Source of the DNA: Patescibacteria group bacterium
GTDB taxonomy: Bacteria > Patescibacteriota > Minisyncoccia > Minisyncoccales > UBA10102
DNA: 64,000 nucleotides
Direction of reading: 5' to 3'
NCBI GenBank assembly: GCA_022563395.1
Contig: JADFNM010000001.1
Span: 83,891 to 147,890 of the forward strand
Part shown: positions 39,110-49,065 of the stretch, piece after piece
Position numbering within the stretch: the stretch's first letter is position 1
Layout of the letters: every line of letters begins with the position of its first letter
Made by a program: the position numbers and the translations under genes
Notes under the pieces: generated by a model
What the model saw: the letters and a program-made list of their open reading frames with translations, nothing else
Told to the model about the DNA's origin: nothing
Database searches by the model: none

Positions 39110-39457
39110 ATGAAGAAAAAAATTCACAAACGTACGTTGTCTCGCAAGGCAGGACCAAGAAAAGCTCTGCAAAAAAGCCTTTTGCGTGCTTTAATATTAA
39201 ATGAGAAGATTGAAACGACCCAGGCAAAGGCAAAAGCGATTTCTCCTATGGCAGAAAAGCTTGTTACCAAGGCAAAGAAGGGTGGGTTGGCTCAAAGAAG
39301 GCAGTTAGTTGCACTCGTGGACGGTGAATCTGCGAAAAAGCTTGTTGATGTGATTGCTCCCCGATACCAGCAAAGAAAGGGCGGGTACACCCGCATTGTA
39401 AAACTTGTGCCCCGCAAATCAGACAGCGCAAAGCGTGCAATTATTGAATTTGTATAG
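39110..39457 (+). CDS. rplQ: 50S ribosomal protein L17
   Basis: IETTQAKAK, RKGGYTRI. Confidence 0.96.
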   Translation: MKKKIHKRTLSRKAGPRKALQKSLLRALILNEKIETTQAKAKAISPMAEKLVTKAKKGGLAQRRQLVALVDGESAKKLVDVIAPRYQQRKGGYTRIVKLVPRKSDSAKRAIIEFV

Positions 39458-39459
39458 TC

Positions 39460-39810
39460 ATGGAACGCAAAACCTACACCATTAATGCTCAAGGGCGCCC
39501 GTTGGGACGACTGGCAGTAGAGATTGCAAACCTTCTTCGCGGAAAGCAAAAAAGCGACTTTGCCCCATACAAGGATGCGGGTGATTTTGTGACGGTCCAG
39601 AATTTCAAGCGGATTCGTTTCACCGGAAACAAACCTCAGCAAAAGCGGTATTTTCGACACTCGGGGTATTTGGGGAATTTGAAGGTAAAAACGTTAAAAG
39701 AGTTGTTTGAAAAGCAGCCTCAGGAAGTACTGCGCAAGGCAGTATGGGGTATGTTACCGACAAACAAGCTGAGAGCGCGTCAGATAAAAAGATTGAAAAT
39801 TGAGCTATAG
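39460..39810 (+). CDS. rplM: 50S ribosomal protein L13 (short)
   Basis: LGRLAVEIA..LRGK, HSGYLG, AVWGMLP. Confidence 0.95.
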   Translation: MERKTYTINAQGRPLGRLAVEIANLLRGKQKSDFAPYKDAGDFVTVQNFKRIRFTGNKPQQKRYFRHSGYLGNLKVKTLKELFEKQPQEVLRKAVWGMLPTNKLRARQIKRLKIEL

Positions 39811-39868
39811 TAAATATGAACCATTCGCTTCTCTCAGAACCATATAATTTTCGCAAATAGCTCAAATT

Positions 39869-40384
39869 ATGGCAACAAAGACAATAAAAACAACCAAAAA
39901 ACCCGCTTCATCGGCGGTAGCACCTCATCGGTCCACCCGCCCGGTGAGGCGGAGTGCGCCAAAGAGGCGCAAACAGTCCTCAAAAAAAGATGAAGGACGA
40001 TACTGGCAAGCAACAGGGAGAAGAAAGACTGCCGTGGCACGGATAAGGATTAAAAATGCAACGAAGACCAGCTTTATTGTAAATCAAAAGCCCTTTGAGG
40101 ACTATTTTCAGGATGCGGAGTACCGCATAATTGCAAAAGAATCCTTAGATCGCGGGGCTGCGGGAAAGGCGTTTGAAGTAAGCATTCTTGTGCGAGGCGG
40201 TGGAATACGAGCACAAGCTGAGGCAGTACGCCATGCTTTAGCTCGCGCTTTAGTAGAGTGGGACGAGGGAATGCGAGATTCTATGAAAGCCCTTAAGTTT
40301 TTAACGAGGGATCCTAGAATGCGAGAGCGAAAAAAGTTTGGTTTGAAAAGAGCCCGTAGAGCTCGTCAGTGGAGAAAGAGGTAA
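39869..40384 (+). CDS. rpsI: 30S ribosomal protein S9 with basic N-terminal extension
   Basis: GRRKTAVAR, LTRDPRMRERKKFG. Confidence 0.96.
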   Translation: MATKTIKTTKKPASSAVAPHRSTRPVRRSAPKRRKQSSKKDEGRYWQATGRRKTAVARIRIKNATKTSFIVNQKPFEDYFQDAEYRIIAKESLDRGAAGKAFEVSILVRGGGIRAQAEAVRHALARALVEWDEGMRDSMKALKFLTRDPRMRERKKFGLKRARRARQWRKR

Positions 40385-40385
40385 T

Positions 40386-41786
40386 CTATCGCACCACTTT
40401 TTCAGAAACAAAGAAGGTATCTTCGCTTAAAATGTAGAGGATGCCTTTTTCGTTATTCCAAAAGAATTCATGGTCAGAAAATGTGATAAGGTCCACAACA
40501 TTGAGTCGGTCCCGAGTATCGATTTCGGCTCCTCGTATGGTTTCTCCTAAACTGAAGAGAAGATAGGAGGAGTCAATCCAGGAAAGCTGCTGTGGGGGCT
40601 CTGAGAATCTTGTGAGGAGCACCAGCTCACCGGCCTGGTGCTGGGGCTGTTCGGTTTCCTCTTTTAAAAAGAGAACCCAAAGTTCTGACTGGTTGCGGAG
40701 TGCGACCTTGGCACCTCCCGGACCCACAGCTATTTCAAGAACGGGGGAAAGAACCTCACGCCGCTCTGAGACGCTTCTTTCATGGAGAAACAGCGCTGTG
40801 TCTTCTTTTATGAGTATGGCGTCTCCGGCAATCAATAGTTCGTAGGTAGTTTCACGTTTTGGCGTAAATACTGATTCTTGAAAAACCTGTGCCTCGCTGT
40901 CTGCATCAAGGTTTTTTTGCCACAGTGTACCATCGTTATCCAGCCAAAAAACATAAGTGCTATGGCTGGTAAAGGCCACCACATTATTTGCGATGGGGAC
41001 AGCCGATTTCTGCTCTCTGTATTGAGCCATAAACAGTGCCTTTGTTGTATTAAGGAATCTGGTAAAGAGTACTTGATTTAGTGTTGCGGGGGAAAATTGT
41101 ATATTTCCTATGCCCTGGTTAAGGTACTCCAAGCTGCAGGGGGCCTTAAAGCACGGTTGGTTAGCTGAGACATTGTGGATCTCAGAAACTAGCTGTTCTC
41201 CACGAGTGCTATGAAGCAAGAAGCGGCGGGAGTCCTTTGCCCATTGGATGTCAACGATTTCATCTTTTGAGCTGGCCCCGACCATTAAGGATTCTTTCCC
41301 CCCGGTTTCTAGGTTGAGAAGGTTAAGTTGCCAGGATGTTTTGGGCTCACGCTGCAAAAGCAGTGCATACTGTTTGTTTGGCGAAACCCAGAAGCGCTCA
41401 ACCTTATCTGCGAGTTTTTGAAACGCAGGGTTCTTTTTAAACAAGAGAATATTCTTTGCTTCAGTAACCTGCTGTTCTTTTATGTCAAGGATTTTTTGCC
41501 AGGAATGATATCCTTCTTTTGTAATTTCAAGAAAGTAGCTGCCGGGGAAAAAATTCTTGGTTAGCGCGGAACCAAAAAGGAAATCAGTTCTTTTAATATG
41601 GGTTCCGTCAACAATGATATCAGCTCTCGCGGGGGCGATCTTAAAGTAGAAAGCGCCTGTTTGAGTTATTCTTTTTTGCTGTATATCAATTCGATATCCT
41701 TGAGAGTACAGAGTAAGCGAGGGAGCGAGTATCAAAAAAAGACCAAGAAGCAAAAGAAACAACAGTGTACGTTGGCGTTTGGTCAT
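40386..41786 (-). CDS. PEGA-domain membrane-anchored protein with beta-propeller-like region
   Basis: TM, YSQGYR, PGSYFLEITKEGYHSWQK. Confidence 0.7.
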   Translation of the reverse strand: MTKRQRTLLFLLLLGLFLILAPSLTLYSQGYRIDIQQKRITQTGAFYFKIAPARADIIVDGTHIKRTDFLFGSALTKNFFPGSYFLEITKEGYHSWQKILDIKEQQVTEAKNILLFKKNPAFQKLADKVERFWVSPNKQYALLLQREPKTSWQLNLLNLETGGKESLMVGASSKDEIVDIQWAKDSRRFLLHSTRGEQLVSEIHNVSANQPCFKAPCSLEYLNQGIGNIQFSPATLNQVLFTRFLNTTKALFMAQYREQKSAVPIANNVVAFTSHSTYVFWLDNDGTLWQKNLDADSEAQVFQESVFTPKRETTYELLIAGDAILIKEDTALFLHERSVSERREVLSPVLEIAVGPGGAKVALRNQSELWVLFLKEETEQPQHQAGELVLLTRFSEPPQQLSWIDSSYLLFSLGETIRGAEIDTRDRLNVVDLITFSDHEFFWNNEKGILYILSEDTFFVSEKVVR

Positions 41787-41910
41787 AATGCTCTACTATA
41801 TGCCAAAAAGTGCACCTTGTTAAGCTTTGCCAGAAAGACTTAGGAATCCGGCATCGCAGGCGCCTTTCTTCTCTTTGTGAGATCGGCGCTTTTCTTTTAA
41901 AAGTGAAGTA

Positions 41911-42027
41911 CTCCTAAACGAGATTTAGGAGTACCTAAATCTCGTTTAGGAGATATGCAAAGCAACCACATAAACTAATAGTGCCTAAATGAAATTAAGG
42001 AATCCTTAATTTCATTTAGGAGATATG
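41911..42027 (+). repeat. Two box pairs in a divergent intergenic region
   Basis: Boxes at 41913, 41934, 41984, 42004; each pair followed by agatatgc. Confidence 0.93.
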
Positions 42028-42085
42028 CGCGTTTTTACTCCATTGCCAAAAGACCTCATTTCAGCTAGAATAGGAAAGACCAACT

Positions 42086-43363
42086 ATGGAGAAATTCGTT
42101 ATTCATGGAGGGAAGCATCTTAAGGGAGAGATTGACGTTAAAGGGGCAAAGAATGCCGCCTTTCCGATTTTAGCTGCTACCATTTTAACCAAAGAAGACT
42201 GCACGATTAAAAATCTTCCCTTAATTGAGGATGTGTTTCGCATGATCGAGATTTTAGAAAGCATGAAGGCAAAGGTAGAATGGGTGGAAAAAAGATCGGT
42301 GAGGATAAACACAAAAAACTTGAATCCTGCCACCATTGACAAAAAAGCTATCTTAAAGTTCCGGGGGTCTGTGCTTTTGTACGGGCCATTGCTTACGCGA
42401 TTTGGGAAAATATATCTTCCCAAGCCTGGAGGAGACATTATTGGAGCACGGCCCATAGACACCCATTTGGATGCCTTTTCTCAGTTGGGCACTTTTGTGA
42501 AGCCGCGGCTCAAAGGATTTGAGCTGAGATTCTCTGGGAAGGCAAAAAACAAGGTGGTTGTGCTTAATGAGTTCTCGGTTACGGGCACAGAAAACCTCTT
42601 GCTCTTTTGTGCGCTGAGACCAGAGCGTATTGTTATAAAGATTGCAGACATGGATTACCAGGTGCAAGAGTTAATGCGAGTGTTGCGAAAAATGGGGGTG
42701 TGGATTAGGGTTTCTGGGTTGCATGAGATAACCATTCAAGGAAAGAAAGGATTAAAAAGGTTTTCCCATACCATTATTCCAGACCCAATTGAAGCTGCCA
42801 CCTTCATTGTCATGGCTATTGGAACACAAGGGAAAGTGCTGGTGAAAAATGTCTCCATACGGTTTCTGGAATTCTTTTTTAAAAAGCTCCATGACTTTGG
42901 TGCAAATCTTAAGATTCAAGAGCAGCGAGGAGGCATTGGCACTGTCCAGGTCTTGCCAGCTAGAAAGCTCAAAATAGATAAGATTCAGAGCTTGATTTAC
43001 CCCGGCATTCCATCTGACCTTCAGTCGGTACTGGGAGTGCTTGCTACACAAAGTAAAGGCTCCACGCTTTTGCACGATCCTTTGTATGAAGGGAGGTTAA
43101 AGTACCTTGAAGAGCTCAACAAAATGGGAGCTGAAATTTACTTTACCGACCCTCATCGGGCAATCATCAACGGTCCTACGAAGCTTCGCGGCACCGATCT
43201 TGGCACGTTTGACTTAAGAGGGGGAGCTGCCCTTATCATGGCAGCCCTAATGGCAGAAGGAAAAAGCACGATTGATAATATCTACCAGGTGGACCGGGGA
43301 TATGAGAGAATAGAAGAGCGCCTGCAAAAACTGGGAGCGGATATTAAACGCATAACGATATGA
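42086..43363 (+). CDS. murA: UDP-N-acetylglucosamine 1-carboxyvinyltransferase
   Basis: GAKNAA, PGGDIIGARP, DLRGGAAL, DRGYE. Confidence 0.95.
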   Translation: MEKFVIHGGKHLKGEIDVKGAKNAAFPILAATILTKEDCTIKNLPLIEDVFRMIEILESMKAKVEWVEKRSVRINTKNLNPATIDKKAILKFRGSVLLYGPLLTRFGKIYLPKPGGDIIGARPIDTHLDAFSQLGTFVKPRLKGFELRFSGKAKNKVVVLNEFSVTGTENLLLFCALRPERIVIKIADMDYQVQELMRVLRKMGVWIRVSGLHEITIQGKKGLKRFSHTIIPDPIEAATFIVMAIGTQGKVLVKNVSIRFLEFFFKKLHDFGANLKIQEQRGGIGTVQVLPARKLKIDKIQSLIYPGIPSDLQSVLGVLATQSKGSTLLHDPLYEGRLKYLEELNKMGAEIYFTDPHRAIINGPTKLRGTDLGTFDLRGGAALIMAALMAEGKSTIDNIYQVDRGYERIEERLQKLGADIKRITI

Positions 43364-44373
43364 GTTTATTTGTTTCGAAAATTGGCATTGACCTTGGAAC
43401 CAAAAACTCCCTGGTGTTTGTGCCTCAAAAAGGCATTGTGTTAAACGAACCCTCGGTGGTTGCGGTTTCCTTGGCAGACAACAGCATCTTGGCAGTAGGG
43501 GAAGCCGCAAGAGAAATGACCGGAAGAACCCCCGATACCATTCGAGTGTATCGCCCCATGAAAGATGGGGTCATTGCAGACTACCGGGTTACGCTGGCCA
43601 TGATTCGCTATTTCTTGAAAAAAGTTATGCCAAGATATCAGTTTTTCAAGCCAGAGGTTTTAGTGTCAGTACCAGCTGGCATTACGTCTACGGAACGGCG
43701 GGCCGTGGTTGAGGCAACCACCGCAGCCGGGGCAAGGGCAACGTATATTGCAAAAGAGCCCATCTTGGCCGCCATTGGGGCCGAGATCCCCATTAACTCC
43801 ACTTCAGGGCACATGATTGTAGATATTGGAGGGGGAACCACCGAGGTTGCGGTAATTTCCCTTGGTGGCATTGTTGCTGTCTCATCTGTCAGGGTGGCAG
43901 GAGACAAAATTGACCAAGCCATTTCAGACTATATAAAACGCAAGTACAATCTTGCCATTGGAGAGAATATGGCAGAAGAGATAAAGATCAAGATTGGATG
44001 CGCGCTTGCCCTAAAACCCGAGCTCACCATTGAAGTGCGAGGCCGCGACTTAGCTCAAGGATTACCCAAGAACATCAAACTGACATCTACCGAAATCTCC
44101 CAGGCTGTACAGGAACCCCTGCAGGAAATCATCATGATTATTAAATCACTCCTGCGGGAAACTCCACCCGAACTTTCAGCTGACATCATGGACAAGGGAA
44201 TGATTATTTCTGGGGGCGGAGCATTGCTCAAAAATATTGACCAACTAGTATCTCAGACTACGGGAGTTCCGTGCTTTATTGCAGAGGATGCCTTAACCTG
44301 CGTTGCCAAGGGGACTGGAGTCGTGCTGGATAACTTGGAAGTATACAAGAGAAGCATTATGACAAAAAGATGA
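43360..44373 (+). CDS. mreB: Rod shape-determining protein MreB, paralog 1
   Basis: GIDLGT, VDIGGGTTEVA, SGGGALL. Confidence 0.95.
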   Translation: MSLFVSKIGIDLGTKNSLVFVPQKGIVLNEPSVVAVSLADNSILAVGEAAREMTGRTPDTIRVYRPMKDGVIADYRVTLAMIRYFLKKVMPRYQFFKPEVLVSVPAGITSTERRAVVEATTAAGARATYIAKEPILAAIGAEIPINSTSGHMIVDIGGGTTEVAVISLGGIVAVSSVRVAGDKIDQAISDYIKRKYNLAIGENMAEEIKIKIGCALALKPELTIEVRGRDLAQGLPKNIKLTSTEISQAVQEPLQEIIMIIKSLLRETPPELSADIMDKGMIISGGGALLKNIDQLVSQTTGVPCFIAEDALTCVAKGTGVVLDNLEVYKRSIMTKR

Positions 44374-45092
44374 GTAGACCCCTTGACCACCTCACATATT
44401 TAAAAACAGCTCAGGCGCAAGGGAAACTGGCTCACGCCTACCTGCTTTCTGGTAATGATACTGCAGGGAAAGAACAGGTGATTCAGGGGTTTGTAGCCTT
44501 TTTACTCGGCCCTCAAAAAGCCAAAACGCATGCTGATGTGGCAATTTTGAGTCCGGAAAAAGATGAGATTGTCATAGGACAGATACGAAAACTCAAAGAA
44601 CAGCTTAGTTTAAGTGCATGGGCCTCGCCCTACAAGATAGGGATAATCAGATCGGCTGACCGTATGAATCAAGAAGCCCAGTCTGCGTTCTTGAAACTCT
44701 TGGAGGAACCAAAAGGAAGCACCCTGCTGTTCTTGGAAGCTCAGCATTCTTCTTTGCTTTTAGATACGATTCGCTCCCGCACCCAGGAGTTGCGTCTATA
44801 CCGATTTGAAGAGCCACATGCACAAAAGACAAACCTGCTTTTCAAACTTCAAAAGAGTTCCCTTCAAGAGCGCTTTGCCTTTGCACAAAGAGAAAGCCAG
44901 GATCCCAAGGCATTATATGAAACTCTGCTTGATTTGCAACGGGAGACGCGACTTGAGCTTTTGCATCAGCTTCGTGATGGAAAAGCCGAATCATTGCGGA
45001 TTCTCCGCGTTTTTCAAGATGTCCTTTCTGCTTTGCGACAAACCCAGGTGAATAGACGCTTTGCTGCAGAGCGTATTCTTCTTGAATTGTAA
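44370..45092 (+). CDS. holB: DNA polymerase III delta-prime-like subunit
   Basis: HAYLLSG, AQSAFLKLLEEP, TIRSR. Confidence 0.8.
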   Translation: MSRPLDHLTYLKTAQAQGKLAHAYLLSGNDTAGKEQVIQGFVAFLLGPQKAKTHADVAILSPEKDEIVIGQIRKLKEQLSLSAWASPYKIGIIRSADRMNQEAQSAFLKLLEEPKGSTLLFLEAQHSSLLLDTIRSRTQELRLYRFEEPHAQKTNLLFKLQKSSLQERFAFAQRESQDPKALYETLLDLQRETRLELLHQLRDGKAESLRILRVFQDVLSALRQTQVNRRFAAERILLEL

Positions 45093-45112
45093 CTTGGCCC
45101 CTTTTTGCGAAA

Positions 45113-45667
45113 ATGGTTAAACAAATTCTTGAAAAAACAAAACCGGAATTAGAGAAAGCGGTTGAATTCTTTCGCCAAGAACTGGCTAAGATTCGCACAG
45201 GACAGGCAAGCCCTGCCCTGGTAGAGGACATTATGGTTGATGTCGGAGGAGTGCTTCTCCCCATAAAGCAGTTAGCTGGGATCTCTTCTCCAGAACGACG
45301 CCAGATCTTAATTCAGCCCTGGGATCCTTTGTATCTTGGCCCCATGGAAAAAGCCATTCTCAAAGGGTCTCTTGGGATTTCTCCTGTAGTTGAGGGAAAA
45401 ACCCTGCGTATCACTTTGCCCGCATTAACGCAGGAATATCGTCAAACCTTGCTTCGTCTTTTGGCTGAAAAGACAGAGCAGACAAAACAGACTCTTAGAA
45501 AATGGAGAGACGAGGCATGGGGAAAAATTCAGGAAGGTGCACGGGCAGGAGATATTCGCGAGGATGACAAGTTCAAGGGTAAAGAAGACCTGCAAAAGCT
45601 TATCGATGAATACATGCAAAAGATTGATGACCTGGTCGAAAAGAAAAAATCTGAAATAGATTTGTAA
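45113..45667 (+). CDS. frr: Ribosome recycling factor
   Basis: IRTGQASP, IQPWD, PALTQEYR. Confidence 0.93.
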   Translation: MVKQILEKTKPELEKAVEFFRQELAKIRTGQASPALVEDIMVDVGGVLLPIKQLAGISSPERRQILIQPWDPLYLGPMEKAILKGSLGISPVVEGKTLRITLPALTQEYRQTLLRLLAEKTEQTKQTLRKWRDEAWGKIQEGARAGDIREDDKFKGKEDLQKLIDEYMQKIDDLVEKKKSEIDL

Positions 45668-45677
45668 TTGCTTTTTT

Positions 45678-46766
45678 ATGACCCTTATTATTGTTCTGGT
45701 GAGCTTTCTTGCCTTAATCATCCTTCATGAGCTGGGACATTATCTCTTTGCCAAAAAGTACGGGGTAAAAGTGGAAGAGTTTGGCATTGGGCTGCCTCCT
45801 CGATTGATTGGCAAAAAGATAGGGGAGACCCTGTATTCTTTGAATCTTCTTCCCATAGGCGCTTTTGTAAGGCTCCAAGGGGAAGAGCAAGCCGCTGGCG
45901 GCCCCCGGAGCTTTACTGCAAAACCCATATGGCAAAGGATGGTTATTGTGGCAGCTGGCGTTGTTGCCTTTTGGCTGGTAGCTGCCCTTATCTTTACTGG
46001 GCTGGCCGTGACCAGCGGGATTCCAACTGGGATTGGGGACGAAGAGGTTCAAGGAGTGGTAAATCCCAAGGTGCAGATTTTGGGCGTGGCAAAGGATTCT
46101 CCTGCAGAAAATGCTGGCATTGAGCTGGGAGATAGTATTCTTAAGATGGAAGAGCGCGATTCTGGTGTTGTAATAGAGCCCACAAAGGTAAAGGAAGTTC
46201 AGTCTTTTACCGACAGCAGCGAGGGGAAAGAAATTATTCTTACCCTGCAGCGCGGAGAGGAAACAAGAGAGGTTGCTTTGGTGCCAAGGACAGAGCCGCC
46301 TGCCAGAGAGGGCGCCATGGGGGTTGCCTTGGTGAGAACAGCATTTGTGAAGTATGCCTGGTACGAAGCTCCCTTTCGTGCCATTGAGAGAACCGCTGTG
46401 TTGACCTATGAGATTGTGCGCAACCTCGGGGGATTGCTTGTAAACCTTGTATCTGGCAAGGGAGTACCAGCGGGAGTTGAGTTTATGGGTCCGGTGGGCA
46501 TTGTTGACTTTTTGAACAAGTCTCTTTCTTTGGGCATAGCACACTTTTTGTCCTTTTTTGCAGTTTTGGCTGTTTACCTTGCCATATTCAACGCCCTTCC
46601 CATTCCCGTGGTAGACGGGGGAAAGCTGCTATTCTTGGGGATAGAAGCTATCCGAAAAAAACCTGTTTCAGAACTTTGGGAAAAAAGAGTTTCAGCAGTG
46701 GTTTTTGCCCTCTTGATAACCTTAATGATCTGGGTAACGGTTAAAGACATCACCCGTATTTTCTAG
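45678..46766 (+). CDS. rseP: RseP-like M50 protease with PDZ domain
   Basis: HELGH, PDZ SPAENAG, FNALPIPVVDGG. Confidence 0.88.
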   Translation: MTLIIVLVSFLALIILHELGHYLFAKKYGVKVEEFGIGLPPRLIGKKIGETLYSLNLLPIGAFVRLQGEEQAAGGPRSFTAKPIWQRMVIVAAGVVAFWLVAALIFTGLAVTSGIPTGIGDEEVQGVVNPKVQILGVAKDSPAENAGIELGDSILKMEERDSGVVIEPTKVKEVQSFTDSSEGKEIILTLQRGEETREVALVPRTEPPAREGAMGVALVRTAFVKYAWYEAPFRAIERTAVLTYEIVRNLGGLLVNLVSGKGVPAGVEFMGPVGIVDFLNKSLSLGIAHFLSFFAVLAVYLAIFNALPIPVVDGGKLLFLGIEAIRKKPVSELWEKRVSAVVFALLITLMIWVTVKDITRIF

Positions 46767-46784
46767 GTTTAGATTTGAATAGTT

Positions 46785-46876
46785 CTTAAACGAAATTTAA
46801 GCACCCTTAATTTCATTAAGGATATATGCGTTTATCTTAAAACAAAGAATCGCAAACAGGTGGTTTTTTGGTAAAA
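46785..46876 (+). repeat. Composite element upstream of dapF (third box missing)
   Basis: Boxes at 46785, 46805; tail caaagaatcgcaaacaggtggttttttggtaaaa. Confidence 0.88.
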
Positions 46877-46883
46877 AGAAGAT

Positions 46884-47621
46884 ATGAGATTTGAGAAGTG
46901 GCACGGTCTTGGGAACGACTTTATTCTTTTGGATTGCCGGGTCAACGATATCCCAAATAAAAAGGCACTTGCTATCAAACTTTGTGATAGGCACTTTGGC
47001 ATTGGGGCAGACGGCCTTGTATGTATCTTACCGAGCATTGTGGCAGATTACACAATGGAGATTTTCAACCCAGACGGGAGTGAGGCTGAAATGTGCGGGA
47101 ACGCAATTCGCTGCGTTGCAAAGTTGCTCAAGAAATCTCCTGTGACTATTGAGACTTCATCTGGGATAAAAGAATGTGTTGCGCAAACGGATGGTTCAGT
47201 CAAGGTTAATATGGGAAGCCCCTTAAATATTAAAAAACAAGGCAGGTTTACAACCCTCTCTATGGGTAATCCTCATGCAGTTCTCTATGTAGACAACTTT
47301 GACTTTGATTGGAAGCAAGAAGGAGAAAAGATTGAGAACAATAGAGAGATGTTTCCAGAAAGAACAAATGTAGAGTTTGTGAAAATACTCAACGACGATA
47401 CCATCCGGGTGAAGGTATGGGAAAGGGGAGCTGGCGCAACGCTTGCATGTGGGACAGGAGCATGTGCTTCTATTGTAGCGGCTGTAATCGATAAAGGTAT
47501 TCACCGGGATGTCAACGTAGAACTACCTGGAGGAAAGCTGTTCGTGTCTTGGTCTGAATCTGGAGATGTTTACATCACAGGGCCGGCTGAGAAGGTTTTT
47601 GAAGGAGATTTGGTTTTATGA
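46884..47621 (+). CDS. dapF: Diaminopimelate epimerase
   Basis: HGLGNDF, EMCGNAIRC, ERGAGATLACGTG. Confidence 0.95.
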   Translation: MRFEKWHGLGNDFILLDCRVNDIPNKKALAIKLCDRHFGIGADGLVCILPSIVADYTMEIFNPDGSEAEMCGNAIRCVAKLLKKSPVTIETSSGIKECVAQTDGSVKVNMGSPLNIKKQGRFTTLSMGNPHAVLYVDNFDFDWKQEGEKIENNREMFPERTNVEFVKILNDDTIRVKVWERGAGATLACGTGACASIVAAVIDKGIHRDVNVELPGGKLFVSWSESGDVYITGPAEKVFEGDLVL

Positions 47622-47626
47622 GAGCT

Positions 47627-47762
47627 AGGTTTTAACATCCCTTTAGAGGAGGGCCGGCGTCTCGCAGAGCTATTACTGCTTAAACGAGATTTAAGCAAAC
47701 TCACCTAAAGCGAGCGGTTCTTAAACGAAATTAAGGATTCCTTAATTTCGTTAAGGAGATAT
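47627..47762 (+). repeat. Composite element downstream of dapF
   Basis: Boxes at 47679, 47720, 47740; lead-in similar to 14911-14950. Confidence 0.9.
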
Positions 47763-47817
47763 ACGTATAACTCTTATGGGGCTTTTCTTTTTTAAAAAAA
47801 TATGTATAGTGGAAAAT

Positions 47818-49065
47818 ATGCGGCAGTCAGAACTCTTCAGTAAAACCCAGAGGAGTCTTCCAAAAGACGAGGAAAGTACCAATGCCAAGCTCCTTTTACG
47901 CTCAGGCTTTGTGCATAAGGAAACGGCAGGAGTATACTCGTTCTTGCCTCTTGGACTTAAGGTATTGAACAACATTATTTCCATTATTCGGGAAGAGATG
48001 AATGCCATTGGGGGGCAAGAGGTCTTTTTGTCCTCGCTTCAAGGCCCTGAAGTCTGGCGCAAATCGGGAAGATGGGATGATAAGATTGTGGATGTATGGT
48101 TTAAGACCAAGCTGAAAAACGGTGGAGAGCTTGGTTTGGCAAACACACACGAGGAAGCCCTAACCGCTCTTCTTTCCCACCATGTTTCCTCGTACAAAGA
48201 TTTGCCCTTGTTGGTGTATCAATTCCAAACAAAGTTTAGGAACGAGACACGGGCAAAGAGCGGTCTCATGAGAACCCGAGAGTTTATCATGAAAGACCTT
48301 TATTCCTTTGCTCGTACCTTAAAAGAACATGAAATGCTGTATGGAAAGGTAATTGAGGCCTATAAAAAGATATTTGAACGTATTGGCATTGGAGAAAAAA
48401 CCTTGTTTACTTTTGCTTCGGGCGGAAGCTTTTCAAAATATTCTCATGAGTTTCAAACATTGTGCTCTGCGGGTGAAGATACCATTTATATATGTGGGCA
48501 CTGCAAGGTTGCAGTAAACAAGGAGATTATTAAAGAACAACCATCCTGCCCCCAGTGTGGCAATCAAGAGCTCAAAGAGGAGAGTGCAGTGGAGGTGGGC
48601 AACATCTTTGCTCTGGGCACCAAGTATGCTGAAATCTTGGGCCTTGAGTACTTAGATGAAAATGGTAAAAAAATACCCGTGGTTATGGGAAGCTATGGCA
48701 TTGGACCAGGACGCGTTATGGGCAGCGTTGTGGAACTCTTTCACGATGAGAGAGGTATGATTTGGCCCGAGTCCATAGCTCCCTTTAAGGTGCATCTTCT
48801 TTCTTTGCCTGGGGGCGAAGAAGAAAGCGATAAAGTATATAGCTCATTACAAAGAGACGGGATTAAAGTCCTATATGATGATAGGGCAAATGTATCACCC
48901 GGCGAAAAATTAGTAGATGCTGATCTCTTTGGTATTCCCTGGCGTGTCGTGGTTTCAGAAAAGACTGTTGCGGTAGATTCTGTTGAGGTAAAAAAACGAA
49001 ATGAAGAAAAAGCAGAGTTGATAAAACAAAAAGATATTGCAAAGTTTCTTGCAAAAAATACATGA
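47818..49065 (+). CDS. proS: Proline-tRNA ligase (short, no INS editing domain)
   Basis: MRQS start, THEE, FRNETR, REFIMKDLYSF, MGSYGIG. Confidence 0.93.
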   Translation: MRQSELFSKTQRSLPKDEESTNAKLLLRSGFVHKETAGVYSFLPLGLKVLNNIISIIREEMNAIGGQEVFLSSLQGPEVWRKSGRWDDKIVDVWFKTKLKNGGELGLANTHEEALTALLSHHVSSYKDLPLLVYQFQTKFRNETRAKSGLMRTREFIMKDLYSFARTLKEHEMLYGKVIEAYKKIFERIGIGEKTLFTFASGGSFSKYSHEFQTLCSAGEDTIYICGHCKVAVNKEIIKEQPSCPQCGNQELKEESAVEVGNIFALGTKYAEILGLEYLDENGKKIPVVMGSYGIGPGRVMGSVVELFHDERGMIWPESIAPFKVHLLSLPGGEEESDKVYSSLQRDGIKVLYDDRANVSPGEKLVDADLFGIPWRVVVSEKTVAVDSVEVKKRNEEKAELIKQKDIAKFLAKNT

